Both the position numbers and the translations under genes were made by a program. Of a stretch of 64,000 nt of DNA, positions 9,601-18,137 are shown piece after piece. The DNA is taken from NCBI GenBank assembly GCA_035632115.1, contig DASQHL010000144.1, positions 1,833 to 65,832 on the forward strand, in the 5' to 3' direction. This stretch comes from Dehalococcoidia bacterium. GTDB lineage: Bacteria; Chloroflexota; Dehalococcoidia; DSTF01; JACRBR01. The notes beneath the pieces are model-generated. The model was not told the origin of the DNA, did no database searches, and saw only the letters and a program-made list of their open reading frames with translations. Position 1 is the first letter of the stretch. Every line of letters begins with the position of its first letter.

Positions 9601-10635
9601 GTGCGCAAGATCTTCGACATCCACATGCACTTCCCGCGCAACTGGGAGAAGCCGGACGCCGACCCGGCGCCGCCGGTCCAGCACCTGTACGAGCAGGCGA
9701 AGGCCGCCGGCATCACGAAGGCGAACCTGCTGTGTGGGGGCCGCTTCGGCATCTCGCACAAGGATTCCATCAAGCTGGCGCAGAAGTACCCGGATCTCTT
9801 CATCCCGACGGCGATGATCGACCCGGAGACGACGACGCCGAAGGACCTGCGCGAACTGAAGCGCATGGGCTACCGCGGGCTGAAGATGATCGGCGTGCTG
9901 CGCGACTACGACTGCCCGGACTACTTCCCGGTGTACGAGGCCGCGGAGAAGTTCGGCTGGCCCGTCCTGCTGCACATGGGCGTGATCGGCGGCGGCATCG
10001 ACTATCGCGTGACGCATCCGCGGCGCGACAAGTCGGCGGCCGAGGCGTACGCGCGCTGGAGCAAGCTGTTCCAGGGCGCCCGCAACGTTTCCGCGATGCG
10101 CATGCGGCCGTTTCACCTCGACACGATCGCCAACAACTTCCCGGCGCTGCGGCTGATCGGCGCGCACCTGGGCGGCACGGGGAACTACGACGAGGCGGCG
10201 TCCGTGGCCCGCTGGCGGCACAACGTGTACTTCGATTTCTCCGGCGGCACGACGATCGAGCGGCACGCCGTGGAGCGGCGGCTGATCGGCCACGAGATCG
10301 GCTTCGAGAAGTTGATCTTCGGTTCGGACACGTCGCCGGAGAAGATCGCCGAGCACATCCGGCGCTGGGACACGATCTTCGACCTGCTGGACGTGCCGGC
10401 GGACGCGCGGGAACGCATGTGGTGGCTCAACGGGGCGGAGGTGTATGGCGAGGAGCCGATCCGCTGGCTGAAGGAGCAGCGCGCGGCGAAGGCGGCCCCG
10501 CCGGTGCGCGTGCGCCCGCGCGACGCAGGCGCAGCACCCGCGCGGCGGCGGCGAGCGGCGGCCGCGGCTACGCGCCCGGCGGCGGCGCGCGCCACCGCTG
10601 CGAAGAAGCCCGCGGCGAAGCGCCGGCGGCGCTGA
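9601..10635 (+). CDS. Amidohydrolase-2 (TIM-barrel metal-dependent hydrolase) with a C-terminal Ala/Arg/Lys-rich basic tail
   Basis: GTG start with GGAGG 6 nt upstream. VRKIFDIHMHF matches the His-x-His start of metal-dependent hydrolases. The last ~60 aa are AAKAAPPVRVRPRDAGAAPARRRRAAAAATRPAAARATAAKKPAAKRRRR. Confidence 0.7.
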   Translation: MRKIFDIHMHFPRNWEKPDADPAPPVQHLYEQAKAAGITKANLLCGGRFGISHKDSIKLAQKYPDLFIPTAMIDPETTTPKDLRELKRMGYRGLKMIGVLRDYDCPDYFPVYEAAEKFGWPVLLHMGVIGGGIDYRVTHPRRDKSAAEAYARWSKLFQGARNVSAMRMRPFHLDTIANNFPALRLIGAHLGGTGNYDEAASVARWRHNVYFDFSGGTTIERHAVERRLIGHEIGFEKLIFGSDTSPEKIAEHIRRWDTIFDLLDVPADARERMWWLNGAEVYGEEPIRWLKEQRAAKAAPPVRVRPRDAGAAPARRRRAAAAATRPAAARATAAKKPAAKRRRR

Positions 10636-10674
10636 GATCACCCGGCGCCGCAGATTCAAAACCGCCCACGTTGG

Positions 10675-10704
10675 TTGACACCCCGGCCCCGTCGCCGATA
10701 AGAT
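10675..10704 (+). promoter_or_regulatory. Sigma70-like promoter candidate (TTGACA-18 nt-TAAGAT) upstream of the membrane protein gene, followed by a GC hairpin in the leader
   Basis: TTGACA at 10675-10680 and TAAGAT at 10699-10704. The hairpin ACGCCCCGG-TTT-CGGGGCGT lies at about 10729-10749. Confidence 0.3.
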
Positions 10705-10773
10705 CGGCGCGTCCTGAAACGACAGGTTCACGCCCCGGTTTCGGGGCGTTCGCTTGTCACCGAGACGACACCT

Positions 10774-11607
10774 ATGGCTACATCCTCCACGCTCGAACGG
10801 AGCGCCCCGCCACTGCCCGATGTCCCGCCGGGCTTCCACCTCCGCGGCGCCTCGCGGGCCGGTCGCATCCCGCTCCTCGCGCTCGTGTACGCGATCGGGC
10901 TCGCGCTGTTCGTCAGCATCGACCCGGTGCGGCCGTGGATCCTGCTCGCCGTGACGGTGCTGGTGGGCTTCGGCGCGGACGGGATCATCCGCTCCCATCC
11001 GGCAGGCGAGTTCCACACGATCGCGGACACGGCGCCGTACCTGTTCGTGCCGGTGCTGTTCGCGCTGTCATCGGGGCTGTTCCTCGAGGACGTGGTGCTG
11101 GGCTACTGGGCCGTCCCGGCGATCATGGGCGCGGGCGTGCTGATGGCGGCGGCGCTGTACGCCGAGCACGTCTCCGTGGAGCCGGACCACCCGTCGTTCC
11201 CGCTGGCGCGCTTCGTGCTGAACGTCATCACGTACCTGACGGCGTTCGGGTTCTACGCCGTGGTCTACGGCTTCGGCGTCGCCCTGCTGCCCGCCGCGTT
11301 CGCCGCCGGCCTGATCAGTATGCTCCTGTCGATCGAGATCTTCCGCGAGGCAGAGGCGGACCCGATGCGGGCGCTGGTGTTCGCGGCGGTGATCGGCGTC
11401 ATCGTGGCGGAGGCGCGCTGGGTGCTCTACTTCATCCCGCTGGAGGGCTTCCTCGCCGGGGTCTTCATCCTGCTCGTCTTCTACCTCGCCACGGGCGTGA
11501 TCTCGCACTACCTGACGGAGCACCTGGATCGGAACGTGCTGCTGGAGTTCGCGCTGGTCACCGCCGCCGGCCTCGCGATCGTCGTGGGCGGCCGCGTCCT
11601 CGGCTGA
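10774..11607 (+). CDS. Integral membrane protein, function unknown (about 7 TM helices)
   Basis: 277 aa, dominated by hydrophobic helices. No recognizable motif. Confidence 0.6.
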   Translation: MATSSTLERSAPPLPDVPPGFHLRGASRAGRIPLLALVYAIGLALFVSIDPVRPWILLAVTVLVGFGADGIIRSHPAGEFHTIADTAPYLFVPVLFALSSGLFLEDVVLGYWAVPAIMGAGVLMAAALYAEHVSVEPDHPSFPLARFVLNVITYLTAFGFYAVVYGFGVALLPAAFAAGLISMLLSIEIFREAEADPMRALVFAAVIGVIVAEARWVLYFIPLEGFLAGVFILLVFYLATGVISHYLTEHLDRNVLLEFALVTAAGLAIVVGGRVLG

Positions 11608-11738
11608 CCGACGTTCCCTGATGGAATGAGCACGGTGCGGCCGCCGCGTGCGCGGCCGGCCGGCGCATCGTGCGCGCGCATCCGCTCCCGGCAGGCTCGA
11701 TGGAGACGCCGTGGCTCAGTCGCGCGTGCCGGCGGCGG

Positions 11739-12893
11739 CTACTGGCACTGGCCGGGCTCGCAGTTGACCGGCCCGGGCAGGTAATCGAGCGGGTTCTCGC
11801 GCACGCCGTTGTCGATCACCTCGAAGTGCAGGTGCCGTCCTGTCGAGTAGCCGGTGGAGCCGATGATGCCGAGGGTGGCGCCCTGCGCGACGTGCTGGCC
11901 CTGCGTCACGGCGATTGAGCTGAGGTGCCCGTACAGGGTCTGGATGCCGCCAGGGCTCATCACGACGACGTAGAGGCCGTAGGAGCAGCAGGCGTTGCCG
12001 CCGGCGAAGATCACGGTGCCGTCCGTCGCCGCGGCGATCGGCGCGCCGGCGAGGTTGTAGCCGTCGATATCGATGCCGAGCGGGTGCCACGGGCAGTAGC
12101 AGCTGGAGATGGGGCCGCGCACCGGCCAGATCAGCCCCTTGCCGGAGCGAGGGCCGTGGGCGGCGGGGGGCGGCGCCGTGACGCTACCGCCGCCTGATCC
12201 GGGCGTCGGCGCGGCGGAGGGAGCCGGCGCGGAGACCGGGGCGGCCGCGGGGGCCGGGATGACGGCGCCCGGGACGTAGATCAACTCCGTCTCGGTGATG
12301 TTGTCCGGGCGGGTGATGTGGTTCGCTGCGAAGCCGGTGATCGCCGAGATATCGACGCTGTACTGGCTGGCGATGTCGCTGAGCGTCTCGCCGTACTTCA
12401 CCTCGTGCAGGATGCCGTCGCCCGCCGGGATCAGCAGGGACTGTCCCAGCACGAGGAAGTTGGCGTCCTGGATCTCCGCGTTGTTGGCGACGATGTACTC
12501 CGGGTGGATGCCGAACTGCGCCGCGATGGACGAGATCGTGTCGCCGGCGCGCACGGTGTAGACCTGGTACGGCGGCAGGTCGGGCGGCGGCGCGACGGAG
12601 GCGGCGCGGACGACGGCGTCTTGCGAGGGCGTCGGCATGGGCGTGGGCGTGGCGGCGAGCGCTTGGAGCTGCTGCGCGACCTGCTGCTGCTCCGGCGGCG
12701 CCGGCTCTACCACGCGCAGTGTCTTGTTGATGGCGAGCGGCCGCAGGACAGTCTCGTCCACCACCGGCACGCTGGAACTGACGCCGGGCAGCGAGAGCCC
12801 GGTGACCGGCGCGGCGAACGCGGGCGTGTGCGATCGCAGGGCGCCACCCGTGACGCCGGCGTAGGCGACCGCGAGAGATACTGCGATCAGCAC
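11739..12893 (-). CDS. LysM-domain M23 peptidase (cell-wall endopeptidase)
   Basis: Two LysM repeats (YTVRAGDTISSIAAQFG and HEVKYGETLSDIASQYS) are followed by the M23 core HPLGIDIDG...GSTGYSTGRHLHFEV. Signal-anchor N-terminus. GTG start. Confidence 0.8.
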   Translation of the reverse strand: MLIAVSLAVAYAGVTGGALRSHTPAFAAPVTGLSLPGVSSSVPVVDETVLRPLAINKTLRVVEPAPPEQQQVAQQLQALAATPTPMPTPSQDAVVRAASVAPPPDLPPYQVYTVRAGDTISSIAAQFGIHPEYIVANNAEIQDANFLVLGQSLLIPAGDGILHEVKYGETLSDIASQYSVDISAITGFAANHITRPDNITETELIYVPGAVIPAPAAAPVSAPAPSAAPTPGSGGGSVTAPPPAAHGPRSGKGLIWPVRGPISSCYCPWHPLGIDIDGYNLAGAPIAAATDGTVIFAGGNACCSYGLYVVVMSPGGIQTLYGHLSSIAVTQGQHVAQGATLGIIGSTGYSTGRHLHFEVIDNGVRENPLDYLPGPVNCEPGQCQ

Positions 12894-13261
12894 CAGGCCG
12901 TGGGTGATTGGCCTGTGCTTGCTGCGCGCGGGGTGGCGCGCGGCGGGACCCGGCGTCCGGTGCCTGATGAAACGCGCTCGCCTGTCCTGGAACGAGCGCG
13001 GGCTGAGCGTGCCCCTGATGCTCTTCGCCTCCTGCGTGAGATTTGCGTGCCGTCCATCGGTGTGTGCGATGGCGGCTGCGCGCCCCGCTCCCCCTGCGCT
13101 GGCGGCGGCGCACCGGGGGTTATTCTACCCGTGATGATCGGCGCGCGAACGCGGCCCCCGGTGAGAATTCGGCAACATTGGACATGTTGGCGGGCGGGCG
13201 CGTAGCGGCTGCGCCGCCGTGCGCCCGAACGGGGCGCGTGTCTGCGCGAAGCCGCGGCCAG

Positions 13262-13320
13262 GTGATGAGATCGGGGCGGTCCGAGGCGTGGCTCAGCCCG
13301 GTAGAGCACCTGACTGGGGG
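13262..13320 (+). repeat. Left direct repeat: 59 bp comprising 17 bp of upstream flank plus the 5' 39 nt of tRNA-Pro (through the anticodon GGG)
   Basis: GTGATGAGATCGGGGCGGTCCGAGGCGTGGCTCAGCCCGGTAGAGCACCTGACTGGGGG matches 15357-15415 with 3 mismatches. The partial tRNA has no 3' half. Confidence 0.65.
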
Positions 13321-13555
13321 CTAACTCTGCGCTAACGCTGTGTTCTCGTATCTGCGATCCGAAGCTAAGATCAAGAAATTATCTACCGTTCGCGCGATTT
13401 TCGAGTAGCACCTGACGGGCCGCTCCGCCTTCAAACTGTTCTAGCCCCCTGAACTTACCGCGACGCCCGGACGCGACCGCCGTTGACGCATCGGGGCGTT
13501 AGGCTCTACAACAAGCAACGTGCGAGGTCTCTGACGCGAAGAGGGAGCTGCCAAG

Positions 13556-14065
13556 ATGCCCACGACTGCGGAACCCCCTGATCGGGTCGCGCTATTGCTC
13601 CGGTGTCTCGGCATAGATCCGAGCTCGTTCTACTCGTTTGTCGAATGGGCGTTAGACGAGCAGCTCGTTTCCGCGTTGGCACAAGACGCCGTCGCGCCTC
13701 GCGAACTGTTAGCCAAGCAGGACGGCCTCAGACAGTTTCGCGACATCCTTCGTGAACACACGAAGCGCGATTGGTCTGACAGCGATTTGAAGACCCTGTT
13801 CAGCGCCGTGAGATCCCGATACGAGAAGCACTACCGCGATCCCGTGACGTACGGCGAATACTTGAAGCTACTCTGGTCTAAGCCTCACCGCTGCGCCCAG
13901 TGCGAAGCAGAACCGCCGGGCGTGGTGCTCCACATTGATCATGTCGTGCCCGCGTCGCTCGGAGGCCCATCCAAAGCGCATAACCTCCAGTTCCTTTGTG
14001 CCAAGTGCAACCTCAAGAAGTCAAACAAGCTAGAAGGGGGACAGGCATGGCTCAACTTACAGTGA
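13556..14065 (+). CDS. HNH endonuclease
   Basis: RBS GAGGGAG 8 nt upstream of the ATG. C-terminal CAQCEAE...HIDHVVPASLGG...NLQFLCAKCNLKKSNK is the C-x2-C / H-x-D-H / N / C-x2-C His-Me finger. The N-terminal ~100 aa are unassigned. Confidence 0.75.
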   Translation: MPTTAEPPDRVALLLRCLGIDPSSFYSFVEWALDEQLVSALAQDAVAPRELLAKQDGLRQFRDILREHTKRDWSDSDLKTLFSAVRSRYEKHYRDPVTYGEYLKLLWSKPHRCAQCEAEPPGVVLHIDHVVPASLGGPSKAHNLQFLCAKCNLKKSNKLEGGQAWLNLQ

Positions 14066-15109
14066 CCGCCCACGTACTGAAACAGAAGGGGTTCGATCTG
14101 TACCTGTTCCCCATGAACTCCGAGCGGCTCAAGCAGATATGCTACGTCACGCCTCAGAGCAAAGACAACCCCGATGAAATTCAGCGAATCCTCGATCCGA
14201 AGCGCGCAAAGGAGATTGGCGAGTACATCAAGGATCACACGTCAATTCTCCCCAACGCGCTTGTGGTTAGCCTCACGGACGACGTTGTTGTTAGGGAGTC
14301 GGGTCGTGAAGGAGAGGTAGCAATAGAGTTCCCTGACCACGCCGGCAAGTTCGCGTATGTGCTCGACGGTCAGCACAGGCTCGCGGGCTTTGAGTACAGC
14401 GACGGGGTGGAGTTTCGATTTGCCCGTCGTCGCGCTATACAAGGCGGACGAGCACTTACGCGGCAAGGTGTTTGCCGATATCAACAGCAAGCAAGTCAAA
14501 GTCTCGGACGTTCATCTTCTTTCTCTCTACTACAAGATCAAAGAACTTCCGTCCGACTCCGCCGCAACGATGGACGTGATCCAGCGATTGGCGACTGACG
14601 CCGACTCTCCGCTCGCAGGCAAGATCAAGACGAGCGATGACGACAAGGGAGCCTGGGTGACAAACAAGCACATGAAGTTGTGCGTGGGGCCTCACACGGA
14701 AAGCGGCGGCATCCTGTATGGTCTCAATTCCCCTGCGGCTCAAGCGCAAGTCATGAAGGAATACCTGAAGGGCATTCAGCGTATGTGGCCCGAGGCCTGG
14801 GGTGACAACAAGAATTACATGCTCACGCGACCGATGGGCATGGAACTTATGCTGAGTGTGTTCGCCGCCGTGTCGCACCGATGCGATCTCAATCTCGGCC
14901 GCCAGTACACCGCGGAGAACTTCGAGAAGTCACTCGCGCCACTCAAGGACTGCGAGATCGAGATTCCGGGAGGCGGGAAACTCACCCTCACTTGGCAGCG
15001 AGGCCCATTCGGCACTCTGACTGGAAGGGCGGGGCGCAAGTTGGTTCAGAGGCAACTCAATGACCGGCTCCGCGCCGCCGACGAAAACAGCGCGTCTCAT
15101 GGCACGTAA
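14047..15109 (+). CDS. DGQHR-domain (DndB/ParB-like) protein, interrupted by a +1 frameshift near 14405
   Basis: Start MAQLTVTAH with AGGGGGA RBS, overlapping the HNH stop by 19 nt. FAYVLDGQHRLAGFEYSDGVEF reads to about 14405, then DLPVVALYKADEHLRGKVFADINSKQVKV... continues in the +1 frame to 15109. Total about 354 aa, matching DndB-family length. The junction lies next to a GGGG run. Confidence 0.7.
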
Positions 15110-15136
15110 TCGCCGGTCGCTCGCCGCCAGGCAGAA

Positions 15137-15168
15137 AGGTCAGTGATCCTCTTCGACTCCACTGACCT
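15137..15168 (+). terminator. Hairpin (9-bp perfect stem AGGTCAGTG/CACTGACCT, 14-nt loop) 28 nt after the DGQHR stop
   Basis: Inverted repeat read directly from the sequence. No T-tract, which may be normal in a high-GC genome. Confidence 0.3.
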
Positions 15169-15356
15169 TCGGTCATCCAGCTTGGAAACCAACACCCGGG
15201 CGTAAAGAGGGTGTCCATAAAATCGCCGGGCGATCTTACAGACGCCTCCCTCGCCCCGCGGCTGTGTCCGGCATTCGCAACATGTGCGCGACCGGAGTGC
15301 GGCAGCGTGGACACGCCGAGACCGTGGACGGGCGTCTGGGCGGGGTGCGTTCGGTC

Positions 15357-15415
15357 GTGATAAGATCGGGGCGGTTCGGGGCGTGGCTCAGCCCGGTAGA
15401 GCACCTGACTGGGGG
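15357..15415 (+). repeat. Right direct repeat (overlaps the promoter-proximal flank and 5' half of the intact tRNA-Pro)
   Basis: GTGATAAGATCGGGGCGGTTCGGGGCGTGGCTCAGCCCGGTAGAGCACCTGACTGGGGG. Confidence 0.65.
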
Positions 15416-15453
15416 TCAGGAGGTCGCTGGTTCGAATCCAGTCGCCCCGACCA
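15377..15453 (+). tRNA. tRNA-Pro (anticodon GGG)
   Basis: CGGGGCGTGGCTCAGCCCGGTAGAGCACCTGACTGGGGGTCAGGAGGTCGCTGGTTCGAATCCAGTCGCCCCGACCA has a 7-bp acceptor stem, anticodon loop CTGGGGG, a T-loop TTCGAAT and an encoded CCA. Confidence 0.9.
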
Positions 15454-15925
15454 TTTTCCACACACCATCTTCGCCGCACGGTGCTGCGCGCTTCCGCGCT
15501 TGACGCCGATCGTGCGTGGGCGCGGCTGATCGCGTTGTCGTCACAGGGCGATGACGCGATGGTGCGCACGGCTTCCGCGCGCGGCGCACGGGCATCGTCC
15601 CCGGGCACGCACGGCCGCGCGCAGGTTCGCGCGATTTGAGTATCTCGTCACAAGCGCGAAGATCGTGCCTCGTTGCCCTTGCCCCCCCAACATCGGACGT
15701 CTGATATACTCGGAGCACGGCCGAATCCGCGAAAGCGGAGCGGGGGAACCAACTTTCGGGGTGAATCTCGCAACGTGCGAGTAGGTCAGCTTCTCAGACC
15801 GAACCCGTCAGCTAACCTCGCAGGCACATGAGAGGGTACAGCACCTCGAGAGCAGGGTGTCTGGCCCTGTCCGTCTTGTTGCCATCGGCCAATGTGGACC
15901 CGGTGTTGCAGCGGAGGTGCCCCGC

Positions 15926-18121
15926 ATGAACCGCCTCGTCATCGTTTCCAATCGTCTTCCCGTAACCGCGCATGTCCAGGACGGCGAGCTGGTCGTCGAG
16001 CCATCGAACGGCGGCCTTGCCACCGGCCTGATCGGTCCGCACGAGCGCTGCGACGGGCTGTGGATCGGCTGGCCGGGCGACCTGCCGCAACTCTCCGGCC
16101 AGCAGCAGCAAGCGCTGACGGCGCGGCTTGACGAGCTGCGCGCCGTCGCCGTGCCGCTCAGCCACCGCGAGGTGAAGGCGTTCTACGAGGATGTTGCGAA
16201 CGGCATCCTCTGGCCCATCTTCCACGACCTCGTGCACCAGGTGCCATCGGATCTGCGCGGCTGGGACACGTTCCGTGCTGCGAACGCGCGGTTTGCGCGC
16301 GCCGCCGCCGCTCGTCGCGAGCCCGGCGACCTGATCTGGGTGCACGATTACCAGCTCGTGCTGGTGCCCGGCATGCTGCGCGAGCTGGCGCCTGACGCGC
16401 GCGTCGGCTTCTTCCTCCACATCCCGTTCCCACCGGAGGGGCTGCTGGGCGTGCTGCCCTGGCGGGAAGAGGTGCTGCGGGGGATGCTCGGCGCGGACCT
16501 GGTGGGCTTCCACACGTACGGGTACCTGCGGCACTTCTGCGAGGCGCTGCGCCGCGTGCTGGGCCTGGACGCGGAGCTCGATGGCGTGACGTACGCCGGA
16601 CGACGGGTGCGCTTCGGCGTGTTCCCGATGGGGGTCGACGCGCAGGCGTGGTCCGCGCGGGGCGACGATCCGGCGGTGCGCGACGAAGCGGCGGCGATCC
16701 GGGCGGACGGTGGCGGCACGAAGCTGCTCGTCGGGATCGATCGGCTGGACTACACGAAGGGGCTGCCGCGGCGGCTGCTGGCGGTGGACCGCGTGCTGAA
16801 GAGCGCGCCGGAGCTGCGCGGCGACCTGCGCCTGATCCAGGTGACGGTGCCGTCGCGGGAGAAGGTGGAAGCGTACGCCGGCCTGCGCCGGCGCATCGAC
16901 GAGATGGTGGGCCGGATCAACAGCCGCTACGCCACGCCGACATCGGCGCCGATCCACCGGATGCACACGTCGCTGTCGCCGGAGCGGATCGCGGCGCTGT
17001 ACCGCGCCGCCGACGTGATGCTGGTGACGCCGCTGCGCGACGGGATGAATCTCGTGGCGAAGGAGTTCGTCGCGACGCGCACGGACGAGGACGGCGTGCT
17101 GGTGCTGAGCAAGTCCGCGGGCGCGGCGGCGGAGCTGGGGCAGGCGCTGCTCGTCAACCCGTACGATATCGACGAAGTGGCAGCCGCCGTGCGGACGGCG
17201 CTGGCGATGCCGCGCGAGGAGCGCCGCGAGCGGATGCGCGCGATGCGGCGGCGTGTCGCGTCCCACGACGTCCACCGCTGGGCGGAGACCTTCATGGATG
17301 AGCTGCGGCGCGACCCACCGGCGGCACCGGCCGTCGTCACCCGGGAGCCGTCGGATGACCTGACGCGCTTCGTCGCGCGCGTCCGCGAGCGGCGCGAGAT
17401 GGCGCTAATCCTCGATTACGACGGCACGCTCATGCCGTTCGCGCCGACGCCCGACGCGGCGCCTCCGGATGCGGAGTTGATCGAGCTGCTGCGGCGGCTG
17501 GCTGATCGGCCGGGCATCCGGGTGCACGTGGTCAGTGGCCGCCCGCGAGAGACGCTCGCTGAGTGGCTGGGCGCGCTGCCGATCGGGCTGCACGCGGAGC
17601 ATGGGTTCGCGTCGCGGATGCGGCCGGAGGCGGCGTGGATCGAGCATGGCGGCCCGGCGACGGACTGGAAGCGCCGGGTGCAGCCGATCCTGAAGCATTT
17701 CGCCGGGACGACGCCGGGCGCGTTCGTCGAAGAGAAGCGCGTGTCGCTCGCGTGGCACTACCGCGCAGCCGCGGCCGACACGCGCGACCGGGACTTCGTG
17801 GCATCGCAGGCGCGCGAGCTGCGGCTGGTACTGGAGGAGACGCTGGCGAGCCTGCCGGTGGAGATCCTCCCGGGCAACATGGTGCTGGAGGTGCGGGCGC
17901 GCGGCGTCAGCAAGGCGAACGTTGTGCCGCTGATCCTGGCGCAGGGCGACGGACGCGAGGCCGTGCTGGCGATGGGCGACGACCGCACGGACGAGGACCT
18001 GTTCGCGGCGGTGCCGGAGGGCAGCCTCACCGTGCACGTCGGCGAGGGCGACACGCGCGCGCTCTACCGCGTGCCGGACGTGGCCAGCGCGCGCCAGTTG
18101 CTGGCGACGCTCATCGACTGA
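15926..18121 (+). CDS. otsA: Bifunctional trehalose-6-phosphate synthase (GT20, OtsA) / trehalose-6-phosphate phosphatase (HAD, OtsB) fusion
   Basis: The N-terminal ~470 aa carry GT20 motifs (LIWVHDYQL, the FFLHIPFP region). The C-terminal ~270 aa begin ILDYDGTLMPF, the HAD DxD motif. RBS GGAGGTG. Confidence 0.85.
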   Translation: MNRLVIVSNRLPVTAHVQDGELVVEPSNGGLATGLIGPHERCDGLWIGWPGDLPQLSGQQQQALTARLDELRAVAVPLSHREVKAFYEDVANGILWPIFHDLVHQVPSDLRGWDTFRAANARFARAAAARREPGDLIWVHDYQLVLVPGMLRELAPDARVGFFLHIPFPPEGLLGVLPWREEVLRGMLGADLVGFHTYGYLRHFCEALRRVLGLDAELDGVTYAGRRVRFGVFPMGVDAQAWSARGDDPAVRDEAAAIRADGGGTKLLVGIDRLDYTKGLPRRLLAVDRVLKSAPELRGDLRLIQVTVPSREKVEAYAGLRRRIDEMVGRINSRYATPTSAPIHRMHTSLSPERIAALYRAADVMLVTPLRDGMNLVAKEFVATRTDEDGVLVLSKSAGAAAELGQALLVNPYDIDEVAAAVRTALAMPREERRERMRAMRRRVASHDVHRWAETFMDELRRDPPAAPAVVTREPSDDLTRFVARVRERREMALILDYDGTLMPFAPTPDAAPPDAELIELLRRLADRPGIRVHVVSGRPRETLAEWLGALPIGLHAEHGFASRMRPEAAWIEHGGPATDWKRRVQPILKHFAGTTPGAFVEEKRVSLAWHYRAAAADTRDRDFVASQARELRLVLEETLASLPVEILPGNMVLEVRARGVSKANVVPLILAQGDGREAVLAMGDDRTDEDLFAAVPEGSLTVHVGEGDTRALYRVPDVASARQLLATLID

Positions 18122-18137
18122 TCGCGCGCGCTGCGCC

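Larger units (their letters stand above)
13262..15415 (+). mobile_element. Integrase-less genomic islet bounded by tRNA-Pro-derived att-like direct repeats (lower GC, HNH + DGQHR cargo)
   Basis: The repeats flank about 2.05 kb whose GC content is visibly lower (about 55%) than its neighbours (about 70%). The intact tRNA-Pro lies on the right and the truncated 5' half on the left. Confidence 0.45.

Noticed and set aside
13321-15356. Searched the islet for an integrase, recombinase or transposase
   Set aside because: None found on either strand. Only the HNH and DGQHR ORFs show coding signal. Antisense ORFs 13939-14878 are spurious.
15057-15608. 183-aa minus-strand ORF overlapping tRNA-Pro and the islet boundary
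   Set aside because: Overlaps a bona fide tRNA. Arg/Ser-rich low-complexity translation.
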